Shown: positions 44,301 to 57,083 of the stretch, piece after piece
Position numbering within the stretch: the stretch's first letter is position 1
Layout of the letters: the number at the start of each line of letters is the position of its first letter
NCBI GenBank assembly: GCA_965112735.1
Contig: OZ218954.1
Coordinates: 248,001 to 312,000 of the forward strand
Direction of reading: 5' to 3'
Source: Phaeosaccion multiseriatum
Lineage: Eukaryota > Protista > Ochrophyta, other classes
Length of the DNA: 64,000 nucleotides
Made by a program: the position numbers and the translations under genes
The notes under the pieces: model-generated
What the model was told of the DNA's origin: nothing
The model's database searches: none
The model's input: the letters and a program-made list of their open reading frames with translations, nothing else

Positions 44301-46703
44301 CCCTATACCCATATACCCTATACGGCCTAACCCATATGCCCTATACCCATATGCCCGTACCTGGTCCATCTTGCCCACGAGGGAGTCCATCTCTGTCTCC
44401 ATCGCGTCGACGTTCTGCGCAGGACAAGGCAAGAGGGGTATAAGTCAGTGAAAGAGGGGGGAGAGAGAGGAAGGACGTCAACGTTCGTTCTGTCCAAGGA
44501 ACTACAAGAGGGGGGGGGGGAGCAAGCACGTAAGTATGAAAAGTATGTACGTAAGTAGGTACGTAAGTAGGTAAGTCAGTAAGCCCTCTAATGTACGGTC
44601 AGTATAATAGCACCTGCTTCATCTTGCGGATGGTGTCGGTGGCGCTGATGAATTTGTTGTAATTCTCGTACACGAGCATCTGCATGTCCCCATCCAGCTT
44701 CTTCACAGAGTGCACCTGTACGTGTTGGTGATTCGGAGGTTAGGAGGGGTTTGTTTGTTTGACTGATCGGACTGGTGCATACAGCAGGCAGGAGGCTCTC
44801 GGGGGGTCTTCTCGAATCCACCCACTCACTTATGCACTCACTCACTCTACTCCCTCACTCACTCACTCACTCACTCACTCACTCACATACTCACTGACTG
44901 ACTGACTGACTCATTCACTCACCCACTCACTCACTAATTCACTCACTCGCTCACTCACTCACTCCCTCACTCACCTCTCACTCACTCACTCACCCACTCA
45001 CTCACTCACTCACTCACTCACTCACTCACTCACTCACTCACTCACCTCTCACTCACTCACTCACTCACTCACTCACATACTCACTGACTGACTCACTGAC
45101 TCACTCACTCACTCACCCACTCACTCACTCACTCACTCACTCACATCACTCACTCACCTCTCACTCACTCACTCACTCACTCACTTGCTACATCACTCAG
45201 TACCTCAATCACGCACTGCACCACGGCCTCACCCACTCACTCACTCACTCACTCACTCACTCACTCACTCACTCACCCACTCCACCTCCATCCCCTCTAC
45301 TTCCGCCCTACCACGTGACACAGGTCCTGACACCGAATATCACTCAGTCCTGACACCGAATATCACTCAGTCCTGACACCGAATATCACTCAGTCCTGAC
45401 ACCGAATATCACTCAGTCCTGACACCCCGCCACTAACCATGTCATCGTTGGTCTGCAGGAGCGTGTCCAGCTTTTTGTCCCTGAGCATGCCTCCAACGAA
45501 GACGTTTGCGTCAAACGCGGCGCTGTCCAGGTCAGTAACGCTCCCGGCGGAGCTTTGATTGTTGTTGGCAGCGCCTGGATGGATGGATGTCGCATTGGGT
45601 TGGGGGGGGGGGGGGAGGGAGGGAGGGAGGGAGAGGGGAGGGTGGGAGGGAGGGAGGGAGGGAGGGAGGGATGCAGGAAGGGAGGGAGGGAGGGAGGGAA
45701 AGAATGAGGCAATGGGTGCGGCGGGGGTTGGGAGAGGAGGGGATGGCAGTGGATGGCAGAGGGTGGGGAGGGAAGGGGAGTAGATGGCTTGTCGTAAGGA
45801 TTGTCCGTATCGATCACATCGACATCGGCAATATCGATCACATCGACATCGGCAAAAGCGATATCGAAATGCACTCCTTCCTCTCTCCCATTGCCACGTT
45901 CTTCCCCTCCTACTCCCTCCCTCTCTCTTCCTCCGTCCACGCCTCTCCCTCCTTCCACCCGCCTCTCCCCCCCCCCCCCTTCTCTTACCTCCTCCTCCCC
46001 CTCCTGCTCCCCCCGCTGCAGTACCGTAGAAGCTCGCTAGAAGGGCAGACATGTGACCTCCGTCCGTACCACCTCCGTCCTCCTCAGAGTCGTCCCCATC
46101 GCTGTAGTCACTGTACGAGCTGTGGAAGCCAGTCGAGTGGATGGCAGTGGATGAAAGTCGATAGCAGGAGGAGGACGAGGAGGAGGAGCAGCGGGAGGAG
46201 GAGTGGGAAGAAGCGGTGAAGTTTGAGTGGGGAAGGTGAACCGAGCGAAAGAGGCTAGGCACAGCGGAGTGGCATGGGAGGAGAGAGAGTGCTGGGGTGG
46301 AGAACAAAGAGAGGGGTGACTGACGTAGGAGGTGTGCGAGGTTGTGGTGTGCATATCAAAGAAGGGGTATATGAAAAGTCGTTAGTTAGGGAGGAGGGCC
46401 TTTGATGAGAGAAGGACAAGGGAAGGAGGAGAATAACATGGAACAGGAAAGAAGGAGGGGAAAGTGCCTGAGCCTCATCAGGTAACGACAAAAGGGGCTG
46501 CAAAACACAGACAAGACCTACAGACAGCCCCTAGGAGGAGGGAAGGACCAGCGGAGAGCAAAGAGCCTGTGTTGGTAATCCATGGCCCTTCCTCACGCTC
46601 ACCTTACGCTTCGCTTGATCGGCTGCTGCTGCTGCTGCTGTTTCTTCTCCTCCTGCTTCTGCCTCTCCCCCTCCTGCTTCTGCTTCTCCTCCTGCGGCTG
46701 CAT
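35390..46703 (-). CDS. VPS51: Vacuolar protein sorting 51 (GARP/EARP complex subunit), multi-exon
   Basis: Spliced N-terminus ..[42 protein letters not shown]|[33 protein letters not shown]|[25 protein letters not shown]-terminus FQQMQ|VDVEYV..stop at 35390. Start exon 46703-46603 joins 46119 in phase. Confidence 0.92.
41755..42790. repeat. (GAGAG)n purine tract with higher-order repeats, intronic
   Basis: About 1 kb purine-only on the + strand. Confidence 0.93.
43125..43595. repeat. (GGGGATGGYA)n 10-bp array, intronic
   Basis: Tandem variants of the GGATGGCAG motif fill the intron. Confidence 0.92.
44068..44356. repeat. 15-bp tandem repeat (CCCATATGCCCTATA)n starting at a splice donor
   Basis: About 18 units. 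Confidence 0.92.
44820..45427. repeat. (CTCA)n tract followed by a 23-bp repeat (CCTGACACCGAATATCACTCAGT) x4
   Basis: Read directly; lies in a VPS51 intron. Confidence 0.9.
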
Positions 46704-46865
46704 CTCCGATCAGCAGGGATTAGACAGATTCGGCGCTTGGAAGGAATGGAGCGTCGCCAGTTGTGAGTGATGACGAACTGAAACTGCGATCAACGAAGGA
46801 CCGATCTGTGTAATCACAATTAATACCACAAGAGGAAAGATACAAGACACTCATAGGGTTAAACC
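46704..46865. promoter_or_regulatory. Probable compact bidirectional promoter between VPS51 and the sulfotransferase-like gene
   Basis: About 160 bp, relatively AT-rich, between divergent ATGs. Confidence 0.5.
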
Positions 46866-49800
46866 ATGGGTTGGACATGTTCTCTTCCCGTCGTAGTGCT
46901 GGCTTCTCTCCTGCTGCTTGTGCTGCTGCTGGCGCCGTCCAGCGTCTACACAAACAGCAGTGAGCACCCAGGAGGAGGAACAGCTGCAGCAGCAGGAGCA
47001 GCAGGAGTAGGAGCGGCAGAAACTCTTGGAGGAAAAGATGCAGCAGCTAGAATGAACCTAGAGCGGGAAGGTACGGCCCCAGAAGAGACCGAGACGTCTG
47101 CTTTCTGTTAGAAGTGTATATTAGGCACAGCACCATCCCCGCCACACCCCTCTGATCTCGTTGCTATGAAGCATGAGCACTGAGCGGTCCTCAACTCGGC
47201 TTGAGGCCTGGGGCATGAGAGTACCTCTTCCCTCCCCTCCCCCCCCCCCCCTCTCTCTCTGTGTGTGTGTGTGTGTGAATTTGTGTCTGTGATGCCTGTG
47301 TCCGCCGACTGACCCTCTCCCTCTCTTGTCTTCCCCTCTCTTTTATCGCCGGCGATTCCCTTCAGCACCAAACAAGCAGAGACCGTTGACGAAAGGGTCA
47401 GAGAGAGAACAACCGAGCGACAGCAGAGAGCAGCGACGGAGAGTAGTGATAATAGAGAGAGGTGAAGGAGGAGAGAGAGAGGGAGATAGAGATCAAGAGA
47501 GAGGGAGAAGTCAAGAGGAAGAGAGAGAGGGGCAGAGAGCGTTGGGAGGGTGGAACATCGAACAGCAGGGGCGGCAACTGCCCGCGGAGACCAGTGGCGA
47601 AGTGGACTTTACAGCCCCCGAAGGCAAGGGGTGGAGGCCTAATTCTGTAACCGGCCTGAAGTGTGACGGGGATCACTGCGACGCCCTTCTCAGGTGGGTG
47701 GGTAGAGGGTGGTGGAGTAGAGGGTGATGGAGGGGGGGGAAGAGAGGGGAGAGGTGGAGGGGGGGGGAGGGCAGAAGGGTAGAGGGGAGTAGAGAGTATG
47801 GCGTGTTCGGGATAAGGGTATAATGTACTATACGGTATAGGGTATGGGGTACATACGGATACTTCGTGCTCTGTGGTATGCTCCTCTTGCCTCCTCCCAT
47901 CCACTACCATCCCTCCCTTACTCCGTCCCATCCACTGCCATCCCTCCCTTGCTTCCTCCCATGCACTGCCATCCCTCCCTTGCTTCTCCTATCCACTGTC
48001 GTCCCTCTTTTGCTCCGTCCCATCCACTGCCATCCCTCCTTCGCCAACACTGCCTCTTATTCCTCTCGGTGGTGGCTCACCAAATGCCCCCCCTCTCTCT
48101 TCCCCTCCTTCACCCTTGTCTGTCCCTCCCTCCCTCCCTTCCTCTCGCTCTCGTCTCTCTGACTCTCTCTCCTGCCCTCCCTCCCTCCCTCCCTCCCTCC
48201 CTCCCTCCCTCCCTCCCTCCCTCCCTCCCTCCCTCCCTCCCTCCCTCCCTCCCTCCCTCCCTCCCTCCCTCCCTCCCTCTCTCTCTCTCTCTCCCATCCC
48301 TCCGTCTCTCCTTCCCTCTCTGCATCCCTCCCTCCCTCTCTTCCTTCCCTTCGTCGCGGCCACCCACGCGTATGCCTCTTGTCACCATCAACATCGATAT
48401 GGACTATCGATACCATCGATATGGACTATCGATACCATCAATATCGACCATCGATACCATCAATATCGACCATCGATACCATCGATACCATCAATGTCGA
48501 TGTCAATGTCGATCAGATTCTGTCTCATCGACCTCGAAACGTACCAAGCAGAGCCGTGGAAGTGGCCGCTCGAGGTGATGCTCGAGAAGATGGTACGTCA
48601 AGCTTACATGAGATTATATAAGGGGATGATATGAAAGAGGAAAGCATAGGGTAGAGGTACATGGGTAGAGAGAGGTGTATAGGTGGAGAGGAGGGGGATG
48701 GCAGCGGATGGAGTGGGATCGGGAGGGAGGGATACAAGGTTACATGAGATTACGTATGGCATGATATGATGTAGGAAAGCATAGGGTAGAGGTATATTAA
48801 GGGGGATAGGTGGAGAGGAGGGGGATGGCAGCGGATGGAGGGGGGTTGGGAGGGAGCGAGTTCTCCCCACTCCGTCCCCACTCTGGCCCCTCCCCATCCA
48901 CTGCCATCCCTCTCTCCTCCCCATCCGTCGAAGTGCAGTGCCATTGACATCCCGTGGCCCCATACGCCTCTACATTACTTCCCCTCCTCATCCTCCCCAT
49001 CCACTGCCATCCACTCTCTCCTCCCCATCAGTCCAAGTGCGGCTCCAAAGGCGTCCCCTCCCTGGTGTACAAGCTTAGCACTCTACGAGCCTACATGAAG
49101 AACCATCCACAGGCATTCCAGGCCGCCCCCTCGGGCTTCATCTTCCACCACACGCGTTGTGGCTCCACGCTAGCGGCCAACATGCTCGGTAAGTCAGTTG
49201 TGAGTTGTGAGTGGATGGAGAGGGGTAGTGGAGAGGCATATGGGGAGGATGGCATTCACTTCTCTCTTGAGGTTTGTTGCTGAATGCCCCAATGAACAAA
49301 TGGCAATGGGTTGGCAACAAATGGCAATGGGTTGGCAACGAATGGCAACGGGTTGGCAACAAATGGCAATGGATGGTAACGCTCTGTCTTTCCTCTCTTT
49401 CCTCTCTCCCCTCTCTCTCTCTCCTCTCTCCATCTCTCTCTCTCTCTCTCTCCTCTCTCCATCTCTCTCCCTCTTCGCCTCGGCTCTCTCTCCTCTCCCT
49501 TTTTCTCTCTCGGATGGCAATGGAACGGATGGCATTGGATGGCGAATGGAAATCGATGGCAGCTCACGTGCCCACGAACCTCGTCATGAGCGAGGCGTCC
49601 ATCGCAAGCACGGTACTGAAAGACGCACCCACCGGGGTCAGTGCCGAGCAGCGGAGGAGCTTTATCAAAGACGTGTATCGCCTAATGGCACCCACCTCTC
49701 AGGTTAGTCAAGTGTTAATGACTTACTAGGGAGGGTGTCTTTGTCTTTGACTTGCTATTGGTTGGAAACAGAGAGGAGAAGGAGAAGAGAGGGGGGAGGA

Positions 49801-51744
49801 GAGGGGAGAGGAGAGAGAAGAGGGTACCGGAGGAGAGAGGAGAGGGGAGAGAGGGGAGGAGAGGAGAGCGGAGAGGGTACCAGAGGAGGAGAGGAGAGAG
49901 GAGAGGGGAAAGGACATGAGCGAAGAGGGTACCAGAGGAGCGGTCCTTGCCAGCCCAGAATCTTGCCAGCGTTGATGCGAGGATCGCTGTGGATGGTCTC
50001 TTCGTTGTGTTGGAATGGGCAGGCAAGGGGGGGCAGGGGGCCATCCATCAGCTTTTAGTAGGGTAGGGTCCTTCTCGACAATCCATGGACTCATTAACCA
50101 CCTCACTTGTTCACTCACTCCCTCGCTGTCCTGATGCGCGCTCACTGTCCTGACACTCCCTCACTGTCCTGACACTTTGACACACCCACCGACTCTCACT
50201 TACAGACTCACCCCTCACTCACTGTCCTGACACCCCGTGCTCCATCCACTACCATCCACTACCATCCACTACCATCCACTACCATCCACCCCGCCACCCT
50301 GACAGGGACACACGCACGCCTTCTTCAAGTTCCAGTCAGCCAAAGACATTGATACGGTTACAGAAATTTTCCCCTCCACCCCCTGGGTATACCTCTTCCG
50401 TAACAGCACTGAAGTGTTGGTCAGCAACCTCAAGGGGGCATGGGGCAAGAAGGTACGTAATATTCCGTAACATTCCGTAGGATTGTATATAATGTCGTCG
50501 TCCCCCGCCCCCTCCACCACCCGTCCCATCATACCAAAGCCTACACCCCTGACTGACTGACACCAAGTACTGACTGACTGACTGACTGACTGACTGACTG
50601 ACTGACACCAAGTACTGACTGACTGACTGACTGACTGACTGACACCAAGTACTGACTGACTGACTGGCCGACTGAGTGGACTGGCTCCCTGACAGCAAAT
50701 GCTCTCTCCTCTCTGCCCATATACATCTACCCGCCTCGTTCTGATCTGCTCCTTTGCTACTCTGGCCACCTCACCTCAAACCTCACTCAAACTCAAACTC
50801 AATCTCTTGTTTATCCTTACGTAATGATTACGTATTCAGGAAATCCTGGAGAAGGAGAAGGAGCAAGGCTTGTCTCCCGCATCCCCGGGGGGGAGGGAGG
50901 TAGCCAAGAGGATGAAGGGGGGGTCAGGACGGCGCTTCATTGCCCCCTGTCTCACAGGACACGGAGCTAGAGACCTGCGGGATGGTAGTGGAGGGGGGAG
51001 AAGGATGGCAGTGGATGGAGGGAGCGGGCCGGAGAGGCAGTGCTCCAATTTCCTAACCGCCATGAATAGGAAGGCGCTGAGTGCCTTTAAACGGCAGCCA
51101 GAGAGGGGCATGTTGGTGGAATACTCGAATATGCCAGCTGTGATGATCGAGTATATCGTGCCCATACACTTTGGGATGGCAGAGGAGGGGCTCATGGAGC
51201 AGCAAAAGCAGTACTTGGTGTCAGCGAGTGAGGTGTACAGTAAGTCAATGGGGCGGGAGGAAGGGCCTGCCTTTGCGCAAGGGGATGACAAGGGCTACAA
51301 GGAAAGGTACGAAACAGTTACATAAGATTACGTAAGAGAATGCGTGTGCGCTCTCTCCCTGTGCACGCCCTTTCTCCTTCTCCCCGCCCTCTCTCTCTCC
51401 CTCTCCTCTTCTCCCTTGTATCTGTTCACCTCCCTCCATTCCTCCCCTCTCTGTGTGTACATCATGTATCCCCTGTTGCCCCCCAACCCTTTCCGTCCAT
51501 TTGCTCTTCTCTCTCCCTCCCCCCCCTCCCTCCCCTCCCTCCCTCCCTCCCTCCCTCCCTCCCTCCCTCCCTCCCTCCCTCCCTCCCTCCCTCCCTCCCT
51601 CCCTCCCTCCCTCCCTCCCTCCCTCCCTCCAGCTTCATTGATGAAGCAATGCGCAGGGCAGTAACGCCTTCTGATGTGGACCTTTTCAATGTGCTTAAGG
51701 GTCATCAAAAGTGGACCAAAGAGGGTGGTGTGGCACAGCCCTAA
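46866..51744 (+). CDS. Membrane-anchored or secreted sulfotransferase-like (PAPS-binding P-loop fold) protein; 8 exons
   Basis: N-terminal hydrophobic segment [15 protein letters not shown]; 5'-PSB-like GFIFHHTRCGSTLAANML; 3'-PB-like PWVYLFRNSTEVLVS; MLVEYSNM. Phase-consistent GT-AG introns to the stop at 51744. Confidence 0.78.
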
Positions 51745-52624
51745 TCGATTTATCGACGTCGACTTTCGCCCCGGATATCGAGGTCAATTTTTGAGACACG
51801 AGCTGATATCTACTTTTGGAAAAAGATCGAGGCCCGGTACGTGTGTCAGAAGGTGTTGTGTGCTTCACAAGACAGCGCCTAAAGGCTTTAGACGCCTTGG
51901 CTCATACTTGTGCTTGAAGACGCCTTGGCTGATGCTTGTGCTGTGAGGTGTCGCAACACCGCATCTGCAGCATTGAAGCATGTAAGCAATGCAATGCTTT
52001 TTAAGCCCAATTTCAACAGATTATATCCCAGAGGCTCTCGAAGAGAGAAAGAGAGAGAGAGACAGAGAGAGAGAGAGTCCAAAAAGGAGGTTTCGTGGTG
52101 GAAGTGGCGGGGTGGCCTTGCTTTTCCATGAGCACCAATGAAAGAGTTACACACGTGGAGGCGAAGGAGGGACCCTTTCCCCCCTTTGTTCTGTGGTTCC
52201 GTTGCTTGTGACCCCCCTCCAAGGCATGCCATGCTGCCCCCCTGGGTGCTGCCCCCGACGCCCCGCACGAACAAAGTTGGGGCTACCGTAGGCAGGGGAC
52301 AAGAGGAGGAAGATTTGCTCGGAGCATCCAAGGCAGGGGCTCGCTGAAAGTGGTGGAGTATGTCTATTTAATTAATAATATATGTGGTACATGTAACATA
52401 TAAGAGCGAAGGCACCCCTCGAGGACTTGCCGCCACAGGCGAGGGGCCAAAATATGGTCGCAGGGCTGTTACAGGTTCCCATTGACATACTTCCCCCTCG
52501 CAGCGTCACTCATCACACATCTCCCAAGGCCACCCCCCCCTCCACCGCACTGCCCCAGTCAGACAGCTCTCTGTACCGCTGCTCTTACCGAGCCTCTATC
52601 TTTCTGCATTGTTCAACCGGTACC

Positions 52625-54378
52625 ATGCAAAGGGCCTTCAGCACTGAGGTATAGCCCGCCCCCCCCCCCTTGTCCACCACTCGAACGATGCACTCACTCG
52701 CTCTGTCCATGAATGGCCCCCTCCTACTCTCACGCTGCTGCTTTGCTCCATGTGGCAGGCCACCCTTCTGCGGGAAGCCATCATAAGTGGCCAGAGGGTC
52801 ACAAAGGTGGAAGCGGCGGTGAGAGCCCTCGTCGCTAAAAACGGAGGGAGGAAGGCATGCTTGGACGAGCCCTTCGATGAGAGCGGAAATTTTGCCCTGA
52901 CCGGAGCTATACATAAAGGGAGGGTGGACATCATTGCTCTTCTGCTGCAAGAGGGGGCGTCGCCGAATGCTGCAAATCGTGTGTTCGGGTTGACTGCGTT
53001 GATGTTGGCATGTCAGGTGAAGGATGCTGCTGCTGTTGTACCACCGCTTCTGTCTGCTGGTGCGGACGTGAATGCAGTAATGACAGACGGAAGTACGGCT
53101 CTTATGGTGGCCTCCCGGCGAGGGACCGTGGTGGTGGTTCACAAGCTGCTCTCCACCGGTGCAAGCGTGGACTTGGTTGACAGTGAAGGGTCTACGGCGT
53201 TGAGCCTTTCGGCACGGGAGGGCCATCATGCAGTGGTGCAGCAGCTGCTATCGGCGAATGCAGAGGTGGACAAGGCAAATATGAAGGGGGAGTCAGCCCT
53301 CCATGTAGCCTCACATAGAGGACGGGAAAGAGTGGTGCAGCAGCTTCTCTCAGCCGGCGCGGAGGTCGATAAGGCAGAGTCCGGAGGCGCTCCGCCCTTG
53401 ATGCATGCCTCCCAGGAAGGGCATCATGCAGTGGTGCAGCAGCTGCTCTCAGCCGGCGCGGAGGTCGATAAGACAGATTCCAAAGGCTTTACGCCCTTGT
53501 TTATGGCCTCCCAGAAAGGACATCTTGCGACGGTGCAGCAGCTGCTGTCGGCGGGCGCTGATCCCTTTCACTTGGATGACAGAAATGGCCCCACCGCCCT
53601 GTACATTGCCGCACAAAAGGGACACCACAGGGTCACACAGCTGCTGCTTACCTCCGGGGCAGATGCGAGTTTGGGAGGCCGCCGCGGATGGTTTCCGCTC
53701 TTTGCTGCAAGCGAACATGGACACGGCATTGTGGTGGAGCAGCTCATCGCTGCCGGCGCGGAACTCGAAAGCCGTAGTGGTGAGGGGGGGAGGAGTGCAT
53801 TGATGGGAGCGTCTATGGAAGGGCACAGAAGCATTGTGCGGAAGCTGCTCAGGGCTGGGGCAGAGGTGAATGTATTGAGTGGCGACGGGGGGGGGGCGAT
53901 ACACATTGCGTCTTTAAATGGCCATGTTCGCGTCGTGGAGGAGCTCATCTCAGGAGGGGCTGACGTGGAGATGCTCGATGGTCAGGGGGTGACAGCTTTG
54001 CTCATGGCTGCTGCGGAGGGCCATGAGGCAGTGGTCCGTGTGCTGCTGTCTGCGTGGGCTGATCCTGACAATGGGGGCAACCACACTCTTGCAAAGCCCT
54101 TGTTTATTGCGGCACTACAAGGCCACAGCGGGGCGGCGCTGGAGCTGCTCTCGGGAGGGGCCTCACTCTCAAAGGCTCTGACTCAGGCACGAAGGGATGG
54201 CAATGAAGCATCTGTTGAATTCCTCCTTGCCGCGGACAGACATCACTTTGCGTCACAAAGCGCGTTGGACCTGATGCGGGGCACTGACCTTCTCTTTGGC
54301 AAGGAAGGGAGGCTGAAGGTGTCGCAGAGAGAGGTTAGCCCTGAGGTGCTGCAGGAGGTGGCGGAGGAGATGGCATGA
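52625..54378 (+). CDS. Ankyrin-repeat protein, copy 1 (13 repeats)
   Basis: Mini-exon MQRAFSTE (52625-52648), GT..CAG intron, then exon 52759-54378. Repeats follow G-TAL--AS--GH--VV--LL-AGA-V. Confidence 0.9.
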
Positions 54379-55131
54379 TGAAAGGGGCACCTGTCGCCTC
54401 CGGTGGGAAGGACGACGGGTGTTGCCCTAAGGGTGAGGACGAAAAGAAAGGGGCTCTTGTCATGAGAATTGTGTGAGTTTCAGTGAGAGGGTGTTGAGGG
54501 AGAGGGCATGCCCATGCGGAATGGTGCGTCAGCTTGAGGGGTGAGTGGGGTAGGCAGGAGCATCCAGGGGAGAGCAACTCCCCCCCCCTTAGGGTGTCCA
54601 TAAAAAGGAGATTTCGTGGTGGAAGTGGCGGGGTGGCCTTGCTTTTCCATGAGCACCAATGAAAGAGTTACACACGTGGAGGCGAAGGAGGGACCCTTTC
54701 CCCCTTTGTTCTGTGGTTCCGTTGCTTGTGACCCCCCTCCAAGGCATGCCATGCTGCCCCCCTGGGTGCTGCCCCCGACGCCCCGCACGAACAAAGTTGG
54801 GGCTACCGTAGGCAGGGGACAAGAGGAGGAAGATTTGCTCGGAGCATCCAAGGCAGGGGCTCGCTGAAAGTGGTGGAGTATGTCTATTTAATTTATAATA
54901 TATGTGTGTATATGTAACATATAAGAGCGAAGGCACCCCTCGAGGACTTGGAGGGGCCCAAAAAATGGTCGCAGGGCTGTTACAGGTTCCCATTGACATA
55001 CTTCCCCCTCGCAGCGTCACTCGTCACCCTCCCAAAGCCACCCCCCCCCGCACTGTATTGCCCCAGTCAGACAGCTCTCTGTGCCGCTGCTCTTACCGCG
55101 CCTCTATTTTCTGCATTGTTCAACCGGTACC

Positions 55132-56894
55132 ATGCAAAGGGCCTTCAGCACTGAGGTAAAGCCCCCCCCCCCCCTCCCCTTGTCCCCCACTCGGACGACG
55201 CACTCACTCGGTCTGTCCATGCATGCCCCCATCCTACTCTCGCGCTGCTGCTTTGCTCCATGTGGCAGGCCACCCTTCTGCGGGAAGCCATCATAAGTGG
55301 CCAGAGGGTCAAAAAGGTGGAAGCGGCGGTGAGAGCCCTCGTCGCTAAAAACGGAGGGAGGAAGGCATGCTTGGACGAGCCCTTCGATGAGAGCGGAAAT
55401 TTTGCCCTGACCGGAGCTATACATAAAGGGAGGGTGGACATCATTGCTCTTCTGCTGCAAGAGGGGGCGTCGCCGAATGCTGCAAATCGCGTGGCGGGCG
55501 GGTTGACTGCGTTGATGTTGGCATGTCAGGTGAAGGATGCTGCTGCTGTTGTACCACCGCTTCTGTCTGCTGGTGCGGACGTGAATGCAGTAATGACAGA
55601 CGGAAGTACGGCTCTCATGGTGGCCTCCCGGCGAGGGACCGTGGTGGTGGTTCACAAGCTGCTGTCGGCAGGTGCAGAGGTGGACTGGGCAAATGTGAAG
55701 GGGGGTACAGCCCTCAATGCAGCCTCAGGTAGCGGACATGAAAGAGTGGTCCGGCAGCTGCTGTCCGCCGGCGCGGAGGTCGATAAGACAGAGTCGGAAG
55801 GCTTTACCGCCTTGATCGCGGCGTCCCAGGAAGGGCATTATGCAGTGGTGCAGCAGCTGCTAGCGGCGGGTGCAGAAGTGGACTGGGCAAGTATGAAGGT
55901 GAATACAGCCCTCACTGTAGCCTCACATGGAGGACATGAAAGAGTGGTCCGGCAGCTGCTGTCAGCCGGCGCGGAGGTCGATAAGACAGAGTCTAGAGGC
56001 TTTACGGCCTTGATCGCGGCGTCCCAGGAAGGGCACCATGCGGTGGTGCAGCAGCTGCTTTCGGCGGGCGCTGATCCCAATCACTGCGATGACAGAAATG
56101 GCCCCACCGCCCTGTACATTGCCGCAAGTAAGGGACACCACAGGGTCACACAGCTGCTGCTTACCTCCGGGGCAGATGCGAATTTGGGAGGCCACAGCGG
56201 AAAGTTTCCGCTCACTGCTGCAAGCGAAGATGGACACGGCATTGTGGTGGAGCAGCTCATCGCTGCCGGCGCGGAAGTCGAAAGCCGTAGTGGTGAGGGG
56301 GGGATAAGTGCATTGATGGGAGCGTCTATGCAAGGCCACAGAAGCATTGTGCGGAAGCTGCTCAGGGCTGGGGCAGAGGTGAATGCGATGAGCGGCGACG
56401 GGTATGGAGCGATACACATGGCGTCTTCAAAAGGCCATGTCCGCGTCGTGGAGGAGCTCGTCTCAGGAGGTGCTGACGTGGAGATGCTCAATGGTCAGGG
56501 GGTGACAGCTTTGCTCATGGCTGCTGGGAAGGGCCATGAGGCAGTGGTCCGTGTGCTGCTGTCTGCGTGGGCTGATCCTGACAATGAGGGCACTAAAAAC
56601 GCTGGAACGCCCTTGATTTGGTCGGCACTACAAGGCCACAGCGGGGCGGCGCTGGAGCTGCTCTCGGGAGGGGCATCACTGGCAAAGGCCCTGACAAGAG
56701 CACGAGGGTCTATCGATGAAGCCCGTATTGTAGAGTTCCTCCTTGCCGCGGACAGACATCACTTTGCGTCACAAAGCGCGTTGGACCTGATGCGGGGCAC
56801 TGACCTTCTCTTTGGCAAGGAAGGGAGGCTGAAGGTGTCGCAGAGAGAGGTCAGCCCTGAGGTGCTGCAGGAGGTGGCGGAGGAGGTGGCATGA
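55132..56894 (+). CDS. Ankyrin-repeat protein, copy 2 (13 repeats)
   Basis: Mini-exon 55132-55155 plus exon 55269-56894; paralogue of copy 1. Confidence 0.9.
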
Positions 56895-56987
56895 CAAGCT
56901 CACTACGTACACTGTCGGGGAGAAAAGCGGGCCGTTTCGAGCTAGTCAGTCACACGCAGTCGAGCAGAGGGAGGCTGGAAGATGCAG

Positions 56988-57083
56988 TCAACCCCTGACG
57001 CTCTATCCGCTATCCGCGATCGGGCCCCCCGGGGCCCAATAGCGCGCTATCGAGAATGTGGGCGATAGTGCGTCAGGGGTCGA
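56988..57083. mobile_element. 96-bp MITE-like element with about 20-bp TIRs and a CAG 3-bp flanking duplication
   Basis: cag|TCAACCCCTGACGCTCTATC...GATAGTGCGTCAGGGGTCGA|cag, with a central GGGCCC..GGGCCC quasi-palindrome. Confidence 0.7.

Larger units (their letters stand above)
52078..56894. repeat. Tandem segmental duplication of about 2.3 kb per copy (52078-54378 and 54597-56894)
   Basis: Upstream non-coding region, mini-exon, intron and CDS all align between the two copies. Confidence 0.95.

Noticed and set aside
46764-46815. TGATGA box suggesting a C/D snoRNA
   Set aside because: No properly placed terminal CTGA box or terminal stem; lies in a short divergent promoter
52625-56894. Diversity-generating retroelement explanation for ankyrin or FNIP variability
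   Set aside because: No reverse transcriptase or template repeat in the window, and the differences are not adenine-specific
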